Below the pieces are notes generated by a model. It had not been told where the DNA came from, did not search any database, and was given only the letters and a program-made list of their open reading frames with translations. A DNA stretch of 64,000 bases from the human T2T-CHM13v2.0 reference genome, Homo sapiens, in assembly GCF_009914755.1 (NCBI RefSeq), contig NC_060927.1. One strand, given 5' to 3'. The position numbers and the translations under genes are program-made. This document shows, in pieces, positions 56,154-64,000 of this stretch (positions are counted from its first letter, which is position 1; every line of letters starts with the position of its first letter).

Positions 56154-58139
56154 GGCTTGTTTTAGGAAGCCTGATTTTAGGAAGGCTTGTTTACAAGGGG
56201 ACTATTTGCAGTCTTGCAGATATAGAAGTATGCCAAGAGATGATACAATAAACTGGAGAAGCAGTAGCAAAGCTGTTACCACCAACAGGCCTGAAGAAAA
56301 AAAGGGTGGAAGGTGTCATTAGAAGGGAGAGAACCGATGGAGTGGGCTGTCTTGGGAGGACCAGTGGCCTCCTGTTGAAGGATGCATCCAACCCATGGTG
56401 ACTCACAGGCAGGAAGCCAGGGGATTAAGTGCCCTGATCTCACTCTCTTCCTTCTCCATTTCCTGCTGGGGATTGCCATTGCTGAAACCCAACTGGGAGC
56501 CAGAAGCTCATTCATCTAATCTTGCAAAGGAATTCGGTGATAAACAGCATAAAAAGTTAACAAGCACATTTCCCTCATGTGTCTTGAAAATATGTGAAGA
56601 GCTGACTCACACTCCACACACCAGTGGTGCACCCATTAGCAATGTCTGCAACTATCAGTGATGGAAAACAAGTTACAGTGGCTTTAAACATAGAGAGGTT
56701 GACTTCTATACTATAGCAGGCAGTCTTGAAGTAGTCAACCACTGACATTCAGTGGCTCAATAATGGCAGTGCGGATGTGCCTACAATTATTTCAGCTTTT
56801 ACCTTGTACTGGTTGCTTCATATTTGCAAGATGGCTGCCCAGCCCCAGGCATGGTCAACTTAGGAAGAAGGAGGGAAAGAGGTACCAGCATGTATGCCTA
56901 ATTATTAAGAAAACAAAAATTTTCAAGAAGTACCCTCAGCAGACTTCCCATCACATTTCATTGATCAGAATGGGGCTTCGTGGTCTCCTATAGTAGCAAG
57001 GAAGACTGGAAAGGTGGAAAATGGGTTGATCATGCCTGATTTAGATGACTTGTAATTAATTGCTTGAGACTGGAGACTTTGGTGCATGGATCAAAATCAG
57101 GGATTTGTCATCAAGAAGGCAGGGATGGGATGAATTCTTGACAATGAATGAGGCTTACCACAAGTAGTTTTATTCAACAATGAAGCCAATTGTGTGCTAG
57201 CACTCACTCAGGACAGCAATTGCTCTTTCACAGAATGTGCCATTGATTTTCTGTGACAGCCAAAAGTGTTGTTTGATCCAGTAATTTCATCAAGAGCTTG
57301 CTCTGCTTTTTCTGTAATCATCATATTCCCTGGTAGCCTATGACTCAGTTTATAAGCCATGATGTGAATTGTGTTGATTTTCACTGTAAGTTGGACAAGT
57401 TTAATGATGCCTTTGTGGTTTCAATCTTTTCTCTGTCTTTAGTGAGAAAGTGCATCCCTATCACAGTAGACTTTATTTACTCACATTCAGGAGAAGCTTG
57501 ATTGGTTTTCTAACTAGCTTACAAGGTCTGATGCAAACAAATATGATGCAAAGGCCTCACTGGGCATCATGCCACTATCTGACAAGTTTCACAATAGATG
57601 ATGCCTCAAGAGGAAATGCATTACAAGCTAACAAAATCCTATTTTTGGATATTCATTCCCATACCCTTATTTCTGATTCGTACTTTTTTTCCTACTTGTA
57701 TAAAATCATCTGATTCAACCACTCATCAGCCCTAATATATATAATCACACTTTATATTGCAGTATTTTTGTTACTATTTTCAATAATACTTTTATTCTTT
57801 AATGAACCTTTTTTGAACGATGGATCTATCTTTATGATTTGGGGCCATACTGCCATTATTATATGATATAATAACAATAATAGTAACAATAAAATGGAAA
57901 TATAATAAATATAAATAATACCATGAAAACAGTATGAAAATGTTTTATCAAGTTGGACTACAGCTAATGGTATTTATTCTCTTTACTAAATACAAGCTGA
58001 GCTAAACTGCTTAATTCAGCTCTGATGGCCCAGGTGCATGCTACAAGACCATGATAATTATTACAAAGGTATTGAGATTTCTATGGAAATTATCATTGAT
58101 CTCACATTTATGAAATGTATGTGAACAAAATTTCTTGTC

Positions 58140-58550
58140 TGTGTAGCAACCTCTGTGTAGCCATGCCCTGCTTGTATCCCCTTGGCCTTCATAGTTCTCA
58201 CACCTCCTGATGGTTTCTCACTGCAAACACAGGTGACTCTCTGCCTGAGTGATGTTTCTGGTCACAGGACTATGCTCCACAGGCACACAGGGCAGGCTGG
58301 ACATGCCCCTGAATACAGCCCTTAGCTGACAATGGGTTAGGGTAGACACTGAGGGGTGTTCCAGACAGCATCCCAGAGGTCCCAGGGAGATTGAGCTGCA
58401 GCTGCCCACCCTGGTAATTTACTCATCAACACACCCTGTGTTGGTTTCCTTCCCTTCCCTGCCCATCTTCCTTTCTTTCCATGAGTGCTTCCTGGGATCC
58501 AAGTGAAACACTCAAATCTTTGTCTCTGGGTTTGCTTCTGAGGGAAATGA
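58140..58550 (+). mobile_element. LTR16-like ERVL solo LTR
   Basis: tgcttcctgggatcc...ctcaaatctttgtctctgggtttgcttctgagggaa 3' motif. Confidence 0.5.
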
Positions 58551-59128
58551 GCTCGAGGCAGTTTTTTCTTTGAAATATCCCTGCCGGCTCTGAGATTCAT
58601 GGAACACATTTTAGGAAAAACTATTCTAGACAACTCTGCTCATTTCATCAATGAGCGGACTGTGGCCCAGAGTCGGGGCCCTGAAGTGCCTAGGGTTACT
58701 CTATGGTGAGGGACAGACCCAGCGGCCCTGGTGTTTCTATGGAACCAGCATAGACTGATGTCCTGATGCCCTTGGGGGCTGCCTTGGAGGTGTAACCTGA
58801 ACTCCCCCAACCAGGCAAGACACACAGGGGCCTCAGCCCTTCTTAGACTTACCTGGAAGATCCACTGAGGACAGGGAGCTCCTGGCATAAGCTGGGGCAG
58901 GAGGGGAATAAGAGAAGAGGAAGCTAAGGCTGGAAGGGGTCTCCAGCCAGTGAAGGGCTGGGCCTGACCACTCTGTACCTCCTCTCTCCCCTGAACCCCT
59001 CTCACCTCGCTTTCCCAGCTCTTGTGTTTTTCTCCTTCCGCTCCTGCCCTCACCATTGAAATGAAGGGTTTTCTGGTCTGTTCCTTCCTGGATCTTTCCT
59101 AAAGAAGTCCCCACACAAACATCCCACA

Positions 59129-59493
59129 CAGAGATCTCTTCGGCTTATGATGGAGTTAAGTCCTGATAAACCCATCATAAATTGAAAATATCATTAGTCA
59201 AAAATGCATTTAATACACCTAACCTACTAAACAACATAGCTTAGCCTCTCCTACTTTAAATGTGTTCAGAACATTTATACTAGCCTACAGCTGGGCAAAA
59301 TCATCTAACACTTTTAAGACTATCTTACAATAAAGTGTTGCATATGTCCTGTAATTTATTAAATACTAAAAGTGAAAAATAGAATAGTTGTATGGGTACT
59401 TGAAGTACGGTTTCTACTAAATGTGTATAGCTTTCACACTATAGTGAAGTACAAAAATTGTAAATAGAACCATAGTAAGTAGGAGATCATCTG
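59129..59493 (+). mobile_element. MER47A (Tigger-family) DNA transposon
   Basis: cttatgatggagttaagtcctgataaacccatc...tagcctacagctgggcaaaatcatctaacac...gaaccatagtaagt. Confidence 0.8.
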
Positions 59494-59521
59494 TGTACAC
59501 ACTCGTTTCTCTCTGGGATTA

Positions 59522-59960
<439 letters not shown>

Positions 59961-60233
59961 CTATTTCCTATGAGAGAAGCTTGTGACCCTGTCAACCATT
60001 TCCAGAAGAAGAAATTGGCTTCTAACCTAGTTTTCTAAATAACCTATTGGAAATGTCTAACCTATGGACCTTTTCTTATTTCCATTTGACAGACTAAGGC
60101 CAAGAAAGAGGTTATATCATGAACCCATGACCTGACTCCAGACAATGATTTTGCCATTCCAACTTCAGAGGAAGCTTTGGAAGGAGTTTAAACCATAAGC
60201 TTACCCTCTCAATCATCCACTACCCCAAGGTAA

Positions 60234-60642
<409 letters not shown>

Positions 60643-60863
60643 TAGTTCTTATGGGGCCAACTGGGATGTCATCCTAAGGAACTGGAGCATAAATGTCCAG
60701 GGCCAGCTCTTGCAAGAGGAAATTCATTTATATAACAGTCACTGAATCCTGCAGGGCCCTAGGCTCACATGCAGAATGATAGAGGGCTCAGGAGATGAAC
60801 CTTAAAGAATCGAATGCATTCCTGCCCTCCCGCGGTGAGCGCATAGGCTAAGAAGTGGGATAG

Positions 60864-61282
<419 letters not shown>

Positions 61283-61313
61283 TAACATCCCTCCCCTTGA
61301 AAACAGGCCAGGT

Positions 61314-61634
<321 letters not shown>

Positions 61635-62208
61635 CTAATAAATAGAACGTAAAATAAGTGATAGTGTGTGATTTCTAAGGCTAAGTTAGAAATGGTGATA
61701 TAGCTTCTACCTAGCTTTTTCTTGGAATACTCGCTTTTGAAACTCAGCCACCATATTGTGAGGAAGCCTGGGCTACCTGGCAGACACCTCACATGTAGGT
61801 GTCCTGGTCAATGGCCCCAGCTGACAGCCAGCATCAACTGCCAGATTCATAAGTGAACACAGTTTCAGATGATTCTCACCTCTAGCCTTCATGTCTTTCC
61901 AGTTATGAGCTATTCTCATCAAGTTCTGCCCAAATTATAGATTTATGAGCAAAATAAATGTATGAAGCCACTACATTTGTCAATTGGTTATGCAGCAACA
62001 GATAACTGGAACCATACTAAAGTGTATTGAGTATCTACTACAAGCCAGTGTGCTAAACACATTACAGGGTTATAATCACATTTAATCCTCCCAACAATCC
62101 TATAGGTAGATATTATGGGATGTCTACCTTATAGAGAACTGAAGCTCAGAGCAATTAAGTGACTTGATGGAATCATAGAGCTTGTTAGTGGCAAAACGGG
62201 ACTGGAGG

Positions 62209-62412
62209 CAGTAGTGTGCTGGTAAATGATTAACAACCAATTCTCTGGGTTGGGGCAGGGATGGAGGGAGGAGGGAAGCCATGATCTTTAGTGTTTTCCA
62301 ATTTCTGTGGTGTAAATTATTCCACGATGGCTGATTTCAAGCTACTGGCACAGAAAGTGAAATTGGGCAGAGATGTGCACAATCACCTCTCTGAGGCTAT
62401 AGTACACCACTG
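62209..62412. mobile_element. MER63-like hAT DNA transposon next to a MIR (~62020-62208)
   Basis: Terminal inverted repeats cagtagtgtgctggtaa / tatagtacaccactg. Confidence 0.6.
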
Positions 62413-63158
62413 AGTAGAGGCTGCCAACCCCAGGACCTATGTGTGTGGGGTTCTAAAAATGGATGGTTGGAAGATTTCTGAGTGGGTGATGGAGAAGCTG
62501 GTTTAGGGAGTTTCTCCTGAAATGTAGTTTGAGCTGCGGAAAAGGCATTTTGGGCATTCATTCATCCTGTGTACTCAACTGAGTGCCAGATGGTATTCTA
62601 GTCATTGATCATTAGCAGAAAATGATACACACAAGCTCCTTGCTGTCATGGAGTTTTCTTTTTCTTTTCTTTTTTTTTTTTATCAGGACAGAGGTGGGAA
62701 AACTCAAAGGCACAGGCTGTACTGAGAAGTTTGAGCAATGGAGAAGAAAGTGGAGCTCTGACTGACCTTAGCCCACCACAGTCAGGCTCCAAGAGGGGAG
62801 ATGGCCTGGGCTGATGGCTCCCTTTCCTCTGCTGGCCCTTCCCTTTTGGGAAAACCCCCATGTCAGAAAAGTCTCAAGTCTGTCAGACTGGGAGTCCCCA
62901 ACTCCCAACCCAAGGAAGCAGCCCTAGGAAAGGAGAGGATGAGATTTCCCAAAGCTATCTCTTACCACTTCCCTCCCTCAATCTCATCCCTCCATCTATT
63001 GGTGAGAAGCCTCCTAAAGTTGGCCTGAGGCTCCTGAGGGACTGGTTCCACCGGAGTCTTTAACCAGGACCCTATCCTCCTTGGGACCTGCAATAGAGAT
63101 AAGAATCAGAGTACAATCCTCAAATAATTCCCACAAATTTGGAGCTGATTCTTAACTG

Positions 63159-63160
63159 AA

Positions 63161-63224
<64 letters not shown>

Positions 63225-63242
63225 AGAAAGAAAGAAAGAAAA

Positions 63243-63297
<55 letters not shown>
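63159..63297. repeat. (GAAA)n tetranucleotide microsatellite, interrupted
   Basis: ~140 nt pure-purine tract. Confidence 0.97.
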
Positions 63298-63748
63298 CTT
63301 TCTGTCCAGAGGATTCTGCGCTCTGCAAGGAAGACACACCTTGTCTGAGGGTTAGCTTCATCAGAAAGAGAACTAGGAGGAATCTGTCTTCCAAGATGAC
63401 ATCATCCAAGCTTGGACATCATCTAAGGAGGGGGATTTATTTTTGATATACAAGACTGAAAATACTTAAAGCATGACATGTAAAATTATTGAAAAGATAC
63501 TAAGATGTGATGAATTAAGCTTTCTTGAAGTCTTGAGTTGGAAGGAGTGGAGTGAGGGGCAAGTCATGAAGCACATAGCAGGACATAATTTAAACCAGAT
63601 GTCAGAGGTCACTGCTCCTAAAGCCATTGGCTGGACTGACACATGGAGAAGATGCTTCCAGCCATTCTCTTCTCAGCCTTGCCCATCCCAGACTCTATCA
63701 GCTCTCTTTCTCAAATCCCAGGGTTACCCCCAAGGCTGCCTTTCTTGT

Positions 63749-64000
63749 TGTTTTTTTTTTTAACTTTTATTTTAGGGTCAGGAGTCCATGTGCAGGTTTA
63801 TTACCTTGTGTCACAGGGGTTTGGTGTACAGATTATTTCATCATCCACGTACTAAGCTTAGTATCCACTAGTTGTTTTTCCTGATTCCCTCCTTCCTTCC
63901 ACCCTTCACCCTCAAGTAGGCCCCAGTGTCTGTTCTCCTCTGTGTGTCCATGTCCATCATTTAGCTGGTCTCAAACTCCAAACTGAGAACATGTGGTATT
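63749..64000 (-). mobile_element. L1PA-type 3' end (continues beyond the window)
   Basis: Poly-T + aacttttattttagggtcaggagtccatgtgcaggtt...gagaacatgtggtatt. Confidence 0.85.

Noticed and set aside
57150-58130. AT-rich stretch that might be a decayed DNA transposon
   Set aside because: I could not identify terminal repeats or a family by eye; needs a Dfam search.

Overview
Mammalian genomic DNA carrying primate Alu elements. I recognise it as the human 3p22 locus with two convergent genes. On the + strand, 27 coding exons of TTC21A (IFT139A/THM2, a TPR subunit of the intraflagellar transport complex IFT-A) run from 193 to the stop at 28964. They splice into one open frame of 1261 codons; the 5' exons lie upstream of the window. 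On the - strand is the complete CSRNP1 (AXUD1) gene: a non-coding exon 1 in a CpG island at ~43.6-43.75 kb, four coding exons (1770 nt, 589 aa), an AU-rich 3'UTR and a poly(A) signal at 32047-32052. The region 45-64 kb is repeat-dense and appears gene-free (Alu, L1, L2, MIR, MaLR/ERV LTRs, MER/Tigger DNA transposons, microsatellites). I found no new gene or multi-gene system. The best unexplained structures are small: (1) an indel-free 134-nt 'ghost' copy of a TTC21A intron inside the preceding intron, which sets up a candidate 18-nt in-frame microexon; (2) a palindromic two-strand poly(A) signal between the genes; (3) a polyadenylated LTR R-region retrocopy; (4) several local template-switch or templated-insertion scars; (5) a set of in-frame TTC21A splice options. 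Repeat family names and repeat boundaries are by eye and approximate. TTC21A exon numbers assume two upstream exons (from memory).
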